Position numbers and translations under genes: made by a program
Origin: Lama guanicoe
Lineage: Eukaryota
Direction: 5' to 3'
Assembly (NCBI GenBank): GCA_013239625.1
Contig: MU054117.1
Location: forward strand, 1,982,011-2,046,010
DNA length: 64,000 nt
Notes under the pieces: model-generated
What the model was told of the DNA's origin: nothing
The model's input: the letters and a program-made list of their open reading frames with translations, nothing else
Database searches by the model: none
In this document: piece after piece, positions 14,662 to 28,438 of the stretch
Layout: each line of letters opens with the position of its first letter
How positions within the stretch are numbered: the stretch's first letter is position 1

Positions 14662-14820
14662 AGCTACACATTGTATGATACAACAACATGGCAGTGTAAT
14701 TATTGCTTTAAACCATCTTTCTTTTTTAAGAAAAAAAAAAAAAAAAGCTACACTTTTATGATACAACAACATGGCAGTGTAATTATTGCTTTAAACCATC
14801 TTTCTTTTTTAAGAAAAAAA
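14662..14820. repeat. Tandem duplication of a ~68-bp unit, each copy followed by an A-run
   Basis: agctacac..tatgatacaacaacatggcagtgtaattattgctttaaaccatctttcttttttaag occurs twice (A16 after copy 1, A7 after copy 2). Confidence 0.95.
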
Positions 14821-16619
14821 TGCGCATACGGTGTTGTACGTATTTACTCGCATATGTACCGTTTCTGGTAGTCTTCCTTCGTTCCTGAGGGTCCAGGTTA
14901 CTGCTGGGGTCATTTTGTTTGAACATGGAGGACTGCTTTTATTTGCAGTGTAGGCCTGCTAGCTGTGAATTCTTGTCTTTGCTTATATGGGAATGTATCT
15001 CGCCTTCTTTTAGTTTTTCAAGACTAAATGCTTCTCAATTTTTTTGCCTGTGGTCGATTCTAGTGCCTTGAAATGGTTGTTTTGATAGTTTTGTTCCGTT
15101 TAATCCTTCTTTTCTGTGGAGGGAATTTCCAGCCTCTTCACATCACCATTTCTGAAAGTCCTTCATAATAAAAGTCTCTTTCTTACCCAAATCTCCAGTC
15201 TGGCGAGGACCCCATTTCATCTTCTCTCGTGTCCTTCCAGATGTAGTGTGTGTATACAGGCGGGTCAACATCACGTGTACAGTTACATTTTAAAACAGGA
15301 TCACGTTTTTAAACAGAATGGGAGGCTGCTACTTACACAGTTCTATGCCTGGCTTAACCTTTTCTTGAGTCCTCTCGTGCCCTGTCCAGTCCACCCTGAT
15401 TCCTTACAGCATCACCTGCCCGGCTTACTCGTGGTGCCTTCTCACTGTTTGTTATGCCTTCATCCACTGAGAGCTGTCTGAGTTCTTACCATGTGCTGAA
15501 TGGGGTTTTCATTTTGTTTTGTTTTCTTTATGATCAAAAGTCATGCCTTTTGGCTTCTTACTTTAGCCTTATTACTGATTTTTCCCCTCCTGTCATAGTA
15601 GAGCACAGCTTAGGATAATCAGACTCGGATAATATTATTAGAGAATAGGCTTTGGGTTTTGTCAAGGGAGGAAGGATGATCACAGTGACTGGAGAACGTA
15701 GATGACAGAGATACTTGTTACAGGAAGAGTTCAGTGTTGAAATGTGTGTGTGTGTTCAGTGTCACTGAATTGGACCTGCTTTGTGTGAGTGTAAGGAAAT
15801 GCTCAGTCTTCGTTTCTTCATACCGTTCCAGTGGCAAACGGCAGGTGATTATCTCATTATTGGGAAGAGGCTTCATTTTACAACTCAGTTATTTCTGAAT
15901 TTTATTTTGGCTCTGAATTTTTAAGTTGTTCTTGAAAGGTAGTTAAATCTTCTAATCTTAAGAGATAAGGTCACGGTTTTTAAAGATTACTTTAACATCA
16001 ACCCTAATAACTAATACTAATGATGGAGGTATTAATCCTTCTAAATTCTTAAATTCTGTATGACTATCTGCCTGTTTCTGCTTTTGCTCCATTTGCCTTC
16101 ATGTGAGAATGTGGAGAAATTTGGGCTTCATACATGAAGTGTGAAGAGACAGGCATACAGCCTTTTTTTTCTAGTCTGGGTCACTATTTGCTGTTTATTT
16201 CATAAACAGTAATGTTGTGCTCAGAATTCTGGCACCACTCTATGAATATAGTGATAAACATTTTGGAAAGTTACGCCACTGGGGATAAAGTAGAAATACA
16301 ATAGCGACCTATTAAAATGAGTCTCACAGTATTTTACTGGTAAACTGTGGCAGGGTGGGGAGTAATAAAAAGCATTATATGCTTCAGAGTAAACCAGCGG
16401 TTTCTGAAATCACTAAAGGGAAATCTCAGTATCACCTGGGCAGGAGATAGGAGTCAGTATTTAGGAATATGAATTACTGTAGAGAGCAAAGAGCATGGAT
16501 TCTACGGATAAGGTTATTTTGAGTATTACAAAATGTTTACTTTCGTTTTTGAAGACTCCCTTGAGATTCCACTGGGCGCTTGTTTCTGATCTCTCAGTGA
16601 CATTTGTTTTCTTCTATAG

Positions 16620-16832
<213 letters not shown>

Positions 16833-17328
16833 TGAGTAACCTTTTTAAAGGTGTAAGAATGTTAGGTGGTGTGTTAGGGAGAGCTGACTTTGAAGTATTT
16901 CCTTCCCAAAAGGAGGATAATGTACTCTTTAAGGGTCTGGGGTACAACATCTCTGACACTTCACCTGTTAAAGTATTTGCACACTGTGGGGACTTGAGAA
17001 TCACTTTGGTATATATAGCTTTTGGTATGCAAGGTAGGGTATTTAAAGTTCATGTAATTAAAATCTGGCTAACCTTCAGTATTCGAAATTTTCAAAACGT
17101 TTTTTCCCTTTTAGTAACATTTTCCCTAAAGATGCCTAAGTTACATGTGTATCAATTTTTTTGTTGGTTTTTTTTTGTGTCTCACCCACAGTTTTTGTTT
17201 ACTTTCCCAGTTCCTTGTCCAGTATTCTGATCTTAACCAAATGATACTTTTCTCTCCATTTGAAAGATAACTGCTCAGATCACACTACACTTTGGGAAAC
17301 TAGTAATTTTCTTTCTCTGCTTCATTGC

Positions 17329-17525
17329 TATGCTGTATAATACGATAGCTACTAGCTACCTGTAGCTATTTAAATTTGTTAAGATTAAGTAAAATTAAAA
17401 TTTACTTCCTCAGTTGCACTGACCACATTTTAAGTGCTTTATCCTCACATGTGACTCTTCATTGGCCAGCATAGATATAGAACATTTTCAGTCATCACAA
17501 TAAGTTTCTATTAGAGACAGCACTG
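17329..17525 (-). mobile_element. hAT-Charlie MITE (MER3/MER33-like)
   Basis: tagctactagctacctgtagctatttaaattt...ttcctcagttgcact...atatagaacattttc...acagcactg, with TIR-like ends. Confidence 0.75.
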
Positions 17526-18082
17526 TGAATTTTATTAGAATTAAGAAATTCAGCTATGATAAGAATAGCATGAAATCAAATCTATTTCCTAGAAGTAGAC
17601 TTAGTGTTATAAATAAACTCTAGTCCACTAAAGTCTAGTGTATTAATGATGCCAAGTTTTTGTTCCTGAAGGTTTATAGATAGAACTGTATTCAGGCTTT
17701 GAGCAGTTTCTCGCCTTGCCTTACCTCCTTGGGTAGTAGACTTGAGCTCAGCGAAGTCACGTAAAAGTACTCTAAAGAGCACTGACTTCTACTTTGATCA
17801 CTGTGGGGTAATTGGACTGTCTGGTGGGCCTGTGAGTCAGGGCGCATAGCAGTGTCTTTTGGAACAGAGCTGCCTTTTTATGTTTTGTCTTTCCAGTTAG
17901 GAGGTGCTGTTGACTCATCTACCTTAAAGAGTTCGTGTGCTTGGAATTGCTTGTCCGTAGTGATGAGTGTGTGTCTCTCCGTATACTCGTCTTACCTCCT
18001 GTTATGAACAGTAGCACAGATTTATGAGATGGTTGCTAGGATTCAGAGCATGCAGTCTGTGGCCATGGAGCAAGATACAATT

Positions 18083-18365
<283 letters not shown>

Positions 18366-18660
18366 TGATTGGAGTCACAATATATGCTTTGTTTCTTAAT
18401 AGGAAGTCAAAAATCATGTTATCTTTTAGACAAATTAGAGTTTATACTCTGAAGGAAAAATTTGATTAAGAAAGGGGTGTTGTAAGTATGAATCATACTT
18501 CATGTATAACAACCTATCAGAATAGCCTATTTTCAGCAAACCCTTATATCCTGATTTTAACAAAAATCTCATGTTCTTTCTTATCCCCATTTAACCAAAG
18601 TACAAGTATTTTAAGTGGTGATAATAACTAATCCCTTTGGAGATCATATTTCCATATTTC

Positions 18661-19009
18661 TTTTCTTTGTTAAAGTCTAGTGGGATGGGGAGGGTACAGC
18701 TCAGGTGGTAGAGCGTATGCTTAACATGCACGAGGTCCTGGGTTCAATCCCTGGTACCTCCTCGAAAAATAAATAAATAAATAAATCTAATCACCCCCCC
18801 CCCAAAAGAAAGAAACAGAAGAACTTAAAGAAAGAGGAAAAATACCGACATATAGTCAGTTTACAATGTTGTGTTAGTTTCTGGTGTACAGCATAGTTCA
18901 GTTATACACATATATTTTCCTTTTTATATTTTTTTCAGTAAAGGCTTTGAATATTTGAAGCTATTGAATGTAGTTCCCTGTGCTATAGAGGAGGACCTTG
19001 TTATTTCTG
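18661..19009 (-). mobile_element. Short L1 3'-end fragment interrupted by the SINE at 18687
   Basis: tatagtcagtttacaatgttgtgttagtttctggtgtacagcat...gttccctgtgctatag, same motif as 43045; flanked by direct repeat tttccatatttc (18649, 19010). Confidence 0.75.
18687..18843 (+). mobile_element. Camelid tRNA-derived SINE (Vic-1-like)
   Basis: ggggagggtacagctcaggtggtagagcgtatgcttaacatgcacgaggtcctgggttcaatccctggtacctcc (A box, B box) plus (aaat)n, C-run and A-rich tail. Confidence 0.9.
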
Positions 19010-19032
19010 TTTCCATATTTCATATAGTATTT

Positions 19033-19162
19033 TTAGGCTTTGCGGGGGGTAACTAGGTTTATTATTTTTTTTCTTTCTTTATTTTTAATGGAGGTACTGG
19101 GGACTGAACCCAGAACCTCGTGCATGCTAAGCATGCGCTCTACCACTGAGCTGTGCCCTCCC
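19033..19162 (-). mobile_element. Camelid tRNA-derived SINE (Vic-1-like)
   Basis: ggaggtactggggactgaacccagaacctcgtgcatgctaagcatgcgctctaccactgagctgtgccctccc is the reverse complement of the 18687 family. Confidence 0.9.
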
Positions 19163-19392
19163 GCCTCGTGTAAAGGTTTCACAGCTTTTTTTTCACATGA
19201 GGTAATGAAGTAAAAATACACAGTGAATCCCTTTTATACTGTTAGGCTTAGTTTTGAAAATGATTATTAAATTGAAGCTAGTGGCACCTAATAAAGTATA
19301 AAGTTAATGTTTGCCGCATACAGTCAAATAGTCTTCATAGTTAATTAGAAAGTAATGAGAAAGTAGATAGATAGAGGTGTTACTTTGTCTTT

Positions 19393-19520
19393 ATTTTGGG
19401 GGCGTAATTAGGTTTACTTATTTTTTATTATTATTTTATTACTTAATGGAGGTACTGGGTATTGAACCCAGGACCTCGTGCGTGCTAAGCATGCACTCTG
19501 CCAGTGAGCTGTGCCCTCCC
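19393..19520 (-). mobile_element. Camelid tRNA-derived SINE (Vic-1-like) with TSD
   Basis: Same family; TSD tgtta(c/t)tttgtcttt at 19378-19392 and 19526-19540 next to TTT/AAAA. Confidence 0.9.
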
Positions 19521-20029
19521 TTCTTTGTTATTTTGTCTTTAAAAGAGTGAATTTATACAGAATCTGGGGCTTTTCAAAAGACATAGTATTATAAAACAGT
19601 GAGATTCAGGAAAGCTAACTTGGGGATCTTTCTTTCCGTAAGCCGTATTCGCTAATCAATTAGTTTCCAAAAATTTATCCGAAAGCAGGAAATCCCATCC
19701 TTCACCACTGTCTACAGCAGAAGAGTGAAAGGAATGAAACCTTTTGACTGTAAAATTTTAATTAAGTTAGGAAACTACTCTTTGAAAATTTCTTTTGGCT
19801 GTGAATTCTTGTCATGAATCAATGTAATTTGTCATCGCAACTGTTTTAAGCAGGTGAAACTCTTACTGCTTTTCAACCCCTGATACTATTTGCTGGTATG
19901 GATAGGTTAATGTTTTATTGTTCTCAGTTTTAGAAAATGCTTCTGAAACTAATAAAATCTGTCTCCCTTTTATGTGTCTTTATTTCGTTTTCTTTTGTTC
20001 CTGTATCCCTGTTCCCGATTTGCGTTTAG

Positions 20030-20206
<177 letters not shown>

Positions 20207-22546
20207 TAATTGCTAAATTAGCGTAGCGGGGGAGGGTGGGCTTCATGGATATTTCAGTAGAGCTTGGAATGTCTGCTGCAGTTCATAAAGTTCGGGTCGT
20301 TTTTATTTGGAAGATTTTGTGGTTCGTTCTTCTCATCCATTAGTCCCCCTGTTTTGTTTGAACTTTGAAAGGTAGTTGATATTTCTGAATCTTCCTTTTC
20401 TGAGAGAATGTGGTTCCTCTAGTCTGCTTTCTCTGAGCACTTCTGGATTTAATAAAGGTGACCAGATCTTTTCAAGAAATTAAATTGTATCATATTTATA
20501 AATGCCTAGCTCTGATTTTTACTTTAAAGTATCCCTTTATTATTTTTCCTTCTGGTAGACAATGAGGTGACTTTAGTCTTCCTACCATTTTATGTTTTCT
20601 GTATTCTTTTATAAAAATTTTATTTTAAAGAGTAGCTGTAATATTAAGATCTCTGTGGGTTATACTTTTGTGTGAATGATACTGCCAGTGATTGCTATTT
20701 TGCTTCTAGATGAAGGAGACGTATGAAAGTAATTAGTTGCTTTTACATCACGTTGGTGGGGAGAATACTGCAGATTTGTCACCCACTCTTTGACCTTATA
20801 TTTCCTTTAGTGGTGCTGTTTTTTGGTCATCTCTCGTAACATTTTGGAGGATATTCTTCAGTACTGTTGGATCTTACATGTTTTCTGTGGGCACCTTAAA
20901 GTGTTAAATTTCATGATTAAGCGTAGTATTTCCTTGGCTAATAAGTGAACTTGTGTGATGAGCAGTCCTTCCTGACCGTAGGACAGTCTAAACTTCCTGT
21001 TAGGAAGCAGTAGGGGCAAGACCGAGCCTAGGACTCTGTTTTAAAGGCTCAGCTGACGTTTATTAAGTGTTGACTGACTTGTTCCTTGGCTAGGTGTAGG
21101 GTGGGAAATGGGGGTGATTCAGGGATGAGTTAGAAACGGTTTCTGCCGTTAATGTGCTCACTCTTACTGGTACTTCACCTTGGGCAGCTCTTCATTTCAC
21201 TGGTCCCAAGTTTTTTACCCGCTGTGTAAAGATGCTAAGATTCACTTGGCTTCACACCAGAGCGCTAACACTTGTCGAAGCCCTTGATTCTCTTCAGGAG
21301 GAAGGTGTGACGGAGATGAAAGACGGAAGCAGCGCGGTATCTGGGGTGAAGCGGTGCTGCTGCTTGTTATCAGCCACAGGGGGCAGCCAGTTCTGCTTTA
21401 CGTGTTTTCCTTACGTATTGTGATAATAAGAACCACAAACACCACAGTTTTGCTTTTTTCTTGCTCTTGTATCAAGGCTACATGAGAAATATTTAAAGGG
21501 TGAAGACCTGAGAATTAAGAAATGAAGGAATTACGTACTGTTAATCGACAAGATAGTTGCTACTCACAAAGTCAGTACACACATTTTCTTGGGAAAGGTT
21601 GTTGCTTTGAAAGAGCATGGAAGTGCTGCGCAGTTCAGAGGTAGGCTTGCTCTCTGGACCTCTGATTCTTGTGATCCCTTTCTTCCTCTCAGCATGGAGG
21701 TGAGCTCTAAAGGGTTCTTCAGGGTCCTTCCGTTTTCTAATTTTTTTCTCTGTTATAATAGTTTTCAAATACTGTACAAAAAACCTTAGCCACCCAGGTT
21801 TTTCCACTTGAGTGTAGGAAAGAGTTGAAGAGAGAGAGAATGGGTGTGTGTGTGGTTTTGGTTCAGCTAGTATCATGATTTGGGTTGAAACGTGATAAGA
21901 GAAATTTTCAGATGGTAAAGGAGTGTTCCTGTTGATTTATGAAAAGTGATCATTTAGTGATTTATTTCACTTAGGAAAATTGAAGTATGTACTCTCATGA
22001 TTTCACTTCTAATTCTTTTTAGGCCAGACTGATTGCTTTTAAAAATAATTTCTAGATTCTAAAATCTTAAGTTGTCTTTTGCTTTGGTCCTTATAAAAAA
22101 CTAAAGTCAGTTCGTGTGATCTGGTAGGTAGTGCTTCCCCCCAACCCCTCCCTCCTAATCACAGCTTTTCTGTGGAAACAGCAATGCTGAAGATGTCCAG
22201 TTAGCCCTTTATTGCCTGAAAATTTTTTTCTTTTTCCAGTAAGGTCAGTGTTAATGTTAGACTGGTCCAAAAGAGTTTGCTGCCTCATTTATGTATCAAA
22301 GAACTCATCTTCTTAAGGTCCATAATAAGTAGAAAACCTGCAGCTTAGGCCAGAAGCTCAGCATCTCAAATTATTGGAATTTTCTGGGGGAAGGTCTTTG
22401 AAATTCTTTTTGCGCCATAAAGGTTTAATATTTACAGTTACTTCTAATGTTCAAATGGATGTTCTTACTCTGTGTTCTTTATAGTACAGGAGAGGATCTG
22501 GAGGGCAAATAGTGGTTCTGTTCTGGAATGTGCGATAAGCAAGTAA

Positions 22547-22822
<276 letters not shown>

Positions 22823-23454
22823 TGATAGTCGAACCTGTGCAGAGAATCCATTTTCACCACTGATCCCTCTAGAAGTTGAACACAAAAACTAATAGTTCGG
22901 AGAAGATTTCATACGTCTGTACTTGTCATTTTGGTTTCTTCAAGTTGAAAAAGTTTCGGGAATCTTGATGTCACCATCTCCAAATTTTTAAAAATGAAAT
23001 TCTGTCGGGTAGAATTTCTTAAGTTTGTATTTTAAAAAATTTCTTACATATAATATTATTTCTTTAAACAAGAGAGTTCAAATCCTTTTCTCTCTCAGCT
23101 TTGTAATTGAATAAAAGTTACGTTTGTGGTGATTGAAGACTGTCAGAGTGAATTACTCTGCCTCCCCTCCACCCCACCAAATCTAAGTATTTTAATGAGT
23201 AAGAAGGACTGACAACCAAGTGTTAGATTTTGAATACTAGAATGAACTAAATATTTATCATATTGAAATGGAAAACAAGTGAGAAAATCTGAGTTTTCAG
23301 CCACTCTTGGCCCATTTTCCCTCACCCTCCCTATGTAGCTAGCCTCACTGGCTTTGTTTTCCTAGAAGCCTTGCTTTGATTATGTTTACTTATCAACCTT
23401 TTGTATTTTATTATTATTTTTTAAACAAGACTTTTTTACCTTTTTTTTTAAAAG

Positions 23455-24660
23455 AGTTTTTTAAGTTTAAATTCCACTTGTTCATTGCTGGTATGTAGGA
23501 AGGGCATTGACTTTTGTGTGTTAAAATTACTTGTATCCTGTAACCTAACTATAATTGTTTCTTGTTAGAGTGTTTTTGTTGATTCTTTCAGATTTTCTAC
23601 GTAGATAGTCTTGTACAGAGATGGTTTTGTTTCTTTCTTCCCAATCTGAATACCTTGTATTTACTTGTCTTGTCTTGTTGCTTAGCTGGGACTTCCAGTA
23701 CAGTGTTAAAGAGTAGTGGGAGAGGACATCCTTGCGTGTGCCTGATCTCAGTGGGAACGCTTCTCATCATTAAGTAAAATGTTAACTCTAGGTTTTTTTT
23801 TTTTTAAAACAGATACTCTTTTTCAAGTTGAAGAAGATCCCCTCTATTCCTAGTTTATGAGAATTTTTATTAGGAACGGAAATTGGATTTTGTCAGGTAT
23901 TTTTCTGCATCTCTTGATGTGATCGTGTGGTTTTTCTTCTTTAGTCTGTTGATATGATGGATTGTGTTAATTTCTGAATAGTGAACCCACATTGCTTACC
24001 TGGGATGAATCCTACTTGGTTGTGGTGTGTAATTAATTTTATACAGTGTTGGATTCAGTTTGCTTATATTTTGTTGATTTTTGCATCTGTGTTCATGAGC
24101 AATATTGGCCTGTAGTTTCCTTTTCTTGTGAAATCTTTGGTTTTGGTATTAGGGTAATGCTAGCCTCATAGAATGAGTTAGGAAGTATTCCTCCTTCTGT
24201 CCTCTGGTAGGTTATAGAGAATTGGTATAATTTCTCCCATAAATCTTTGGTAGAATTCATCAGTGAACCTGTCTGGGTCCAGTGCTTTTGTATTGTTTGG
24301 TTTTCTTTCATAGATAAAGACCTATTCAGATTGTCTCTTTCTTCTTGTGTGAGTTTTGACGACTTGTGCCTTTCAGGGAGCTGGTGGACATGGTCTTCCG
24401 CAGTGCTCCTTTACTGCCCTTGAACTGACCATGGGCTCTGTGGAGATGCTCTTTTATTTCTGATCTTAGTAATTTGTGTTCTGTTTCTTTTTTCTTAGTT
24501 ACCCTGGCTAGAGGCCTATCAGTTCATTGAGCTTCTCAAAGAACTAGCTATTGGTTTCATTAATTTTTCTCTGTTGACTTCTGCTCTAATTCTTTGTGTA
24601 TATGTGTGTTTGGATTTAATTTGTCCTTTTTCTAGTTCCCTAAAGTGGAAACATATTACT
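23455..24660 (-). mobile_element. Old LINE-1 ORF2 (RT region) fragment
   Basis: Minus-strand ORF with ILPNSFYEASITLIPKP, a hallmark of L1 ORF2. Confidence 0.88.
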
Positions 24661-25844
24661 TTTATATGTTTACTTAAAATGGAATTCCTTTCTTATTGCC
24701 TGGAGTCTGCCTTTTGAAGTTTGAAAGTTAAGTACATTGGTGGAGACTCAGGAAGTAAATTTTTGTCGTCTGGTCTCATGTTTCAGATTTAACCTACGTC
24801 ACTAGTGGGGCATTGTTTTCCCTTGTTCTACAGTGATTTGCACATGACATCTTCTGATCACCTTATTAGTGCTTTGACCAAATTCCCATTTGGACTCTTT
24901 TCCTTGAAACTTACCTTCTTCTCGTGCCCTCGTTTCCAGGTCCTCTTCTCTGCCTTTCTTTGCATTATGCGCTTATCTTTTGAATCTTAAGAACAGTTTT
25001 CATTTTGTTTCTCCCTTGAAGAGCTCATTGAGTGGTTTTTCTGTGGTCAGTGTCCTCATTTCCTTGTTCTCCCTCGCTGTCCCTGTGGCGGCTTCGTGGC
25101 TAAATCCAGTTGTGTTTTTCCTTCTGTCCCGCGCTGGGCAGTCTGAGCACTGGCTGCTGTGCTTCTGGTCTCTCTCCACCCTTGCTCTGCTGTTCTCCAG
25201 CTTCTGAGAGCACCTGCTGGTCGCTTCTAGGTGTCGCTTTCCTCATCTTAAGCTCTCAGTGTTTGCAGGGTTCTGCCTTTGAGCTTTTGGTGTTTCTCTT
25301 TTGTGCTACTTCTCAGGGAATTCTTAGCCGTTCTTAAGACTTCAGAACTTTAGTTCTTTGAGCTCTGATCTTGTGGTTTCATTTCTCACCTCTTGACTTT
25401 GCCTCCTGTTAAATGCAGACACAGAAATTACTGTCACTTTGAAAGAGGCGGTATCTTCACTCGCCCGTTTGTAATCGCATCTCCATATGATTACTGTACA
25501 TTCTTAGTTAGGTTTCTTTCGTCTTAGTTTTGGCATCTAAAACAGAGTACTACTTCCTCCCCTCTGCTCTTTCACAAACCACTTTCCTCTCCTAATTGCC
25601 TGTCTCTGAGTTCCAGGATCATTATGTAGAAACTAATGTGATCCCTGACTCATCCGTCGCCTGCATTCTCATCTGTCAATCTGGTTTTAAGTTTTTCTTG
25701 TTTTAACATCTGTTGTCACCCCTCCCCCCTTCTCTGTATTGCTACCATTCTGTTCCGTTCCTTAGTTTTCTCACTATTTCAAGTATCTCTTTAATTCGTA
25801 TCCCTGACTTTTTTCTTCTCTCCATTCCATCCCAATAATTTACG

Positions 25845-26132
25845 GTTTTCCAAAGTGTATTTACAGGACTTAAGCTATATTATATGTTAGAAGGAATTAC
25901 AAGGAAAAAGTGTTCTGTGACAGAAAAGCTTGGGAAATGGTGGATTAAGAAAAAATAAATGGGATTCTTTACTGTAGAACTTCTGTGACCCTTTAATATC
26001 CTGGTGTTTGTTAAACTTTTAAGTTGGGAGGGATGTAAGACACAGCATTTATCCCCCTTCCCAATTTACTTCTTAATTTTTTTGCAGAATACCTTCCAGG
26101 ACCAGTGGTCCTTGGGAGTAGACTTTGAGAAA
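25845..26132. mobile_element. Probable hAT-Charlie relic (MER103-like)
   Basis: ttttccaaagtgt...agactttgagaaa TIR-like ends, internal tttactgtagaacttct..cctttaatat. Confidence 0.45.
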
Positions 26133-27188
26133 TGATGTGGGATTTCTTAAAGCAGCCAGGAGTTGGTAGTTGACACATTAGCATCCTCTGTTTGCCAGCT
26201 GTTCTGAAGCTGTAAATTCTTGTAAACTAAGAAACACCTGCAGTGCATTATGGAACCATTTTTGCATAAAAGTAATTTTTGAAGAAAATATTAAATGCTA
26301 ACATGAGAAAATGGAAAGACATGAGTGTAGTCAGGAGACACCTAGGTAAAAACAAAATGTTGAAAAAACTGGGTTGTGTCTGCCAGCAAACATGATTAGA
26401 TCACCATCTTGTTCGAGTTGGAGGGGGTGGTTTGCTGTCGTAGTGGAATTAGGTTCTTACGCACCTTGCCTACTAAGTAAGTTGAAACTGTAAAGGGCAC
26501 CCCTTTGTGCAGTAAATGGAAGTCTTTGTAAAATGTACTTCATATGCCCTTACTGTCTCAAGCTGGCATGCTGGATTTGATTAGCGTTCTCCTTGGTGCC
26601 TTGCTGAGGTAGGCTGTACTTCGGTTTGCGTAGTAGCCTAAGCAGTTCTGCACCCCTTGTCCTTGTGCGTGCTTGTACGTGTCAGTGTTATCTTCAGGTT
26701 GTGGATCACTAGTGCGTCTGCTTAAGGGCGTGTTGTCCCTGGGGAAGTACTTCTTCTTTTTGAAATTTTTCTTGTCTAGAAGACAAAACAACATAAAACG
26801 AATGTAGAGCTTCAGGAATTACCATATGGTAAACTTTGTTGTCATCACAATACGGTCAAGAGATAGAACTTCAGCCATCCTAAAAGTACCTCCCAATTAC
26901 AGCTTCCTTCCCTCCCCTCAAAAAGTGATTTTAAATCTTTGTAATAATCATTTCCTGCATTTTAGAGATAGTTTCATCATGTGCATTCTTAGACACCATG
27001 GTTTAGTCTTGCCCATTAGAAAAATGAGTGATGATTGTGTTTGCAAAGTATCTTGGTGACGTGCCATTGCACCTCCCTCATTTATATCAGAGTCAGAGAT
27101 TTACCTGTAGAAAAAAACTTTATAAGCTAAGTTCACTGATGCTTGAAAGACTGGAAAGACTTGATCTGGTGACGTAACTGTATTTCAG

Positions 27189-27370
27189 GGCGTCCTGATG
27201 TCAGAAGAAGAAGTGTTTGAGCTGGTTCCCGATGATGAGCGGCAGTGTGCAGCGTGCAGGACCACGTGCTTTCTCTCTGCCCTTACCTGCTCCTGCAGCC
27301 CCGATCGGCTTGTGTGCCTCTACCACCCAGCTGACCTGTGCGCCTGCCCCATGCAGAAGAAATGTCTTAG
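27189..27370 (+). CDS. KDM5A: KDM5A exon 15 (C5HC2 zinc finger), 182 nt
   Basis: tttcag|GGC...CTTAG|gtatcc; [61 protein letters not shown]. Confidence 0.97.
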
Positions 27371-27659
27371 GTATCCGGGAGCTCCTTGTAAAACTTCTCT
27401 TACCTTCTCTTACAGTTAATGTTGTTCCTTGTAACCCCTTTCCTAGGGTTTGGACCCGTAACTTCTTATCTCTTTGCCTCCCTGCTTGAGGACCAGTCTG
27501 TCGAAGTTGGCCCTAAACTGAGATGAGTTTCTGTATCAGTTGGTCTCCCCCGTTCCTTGTCTTTCCCTGCGTTAGCGCTCTCTGGGCTTTGACTTTCTCT
27601 GTGTGCACCGAGACCCCATCCCCTGGCCATTGTACTTGCCTTAAACTGATTGTGTTTAA

Positions 27660-27857
<198 letters not shown>

Positions 27858-28225
27858 TAAGTTTCTTCCTATTTTATGTATACACTGAGGTGGTTGTCAC
27901 TTTGAAAGAGGCCTTGTTTTCTGTTTTTCCTTCATTAAAGAAAAATCCTAGGCTTCATGTGAGATTTGAGACTAATGGGCTGGTTGGCTGTGGACTTGAA
28001 TTTCTATTTGAGAATCTTTTTTAAGTGAAAAAGTTGATAACACAGTGGGACAGAAAGCTCACTTGCAGCAGATGCGTCACACATTCTGGGGAACCATTGT
28101 TACCAGCAGACTAACACTGAAGGCTTCCTGCGAAAGAGGACTTGGGTTAGGAACGAGCACCTGGTTATATAAGCTGCTGCTGCACTGGTGAGACTGTCAC
28201 AGCTGTGCTGCAATTCTGCTGATAG

Positions 28226-28438
<213 letters not shown>

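Noticed and set aside
18687..18762. Functional tRNA-Ala gene
   Set aside because: tRNA-like head followed by an A-rich tail, with several diverged dispersed copies bearing TSDs: a SINE, not a tRNA gene
27365..27380. U12-type donor (GTATCC) at intron 15
   Set aside because: The sequence is GTATCCGGG, not GTATCCTT, and the acceptor has a long U2-type polypyrimidine tract with no TCCTTAAC branch site
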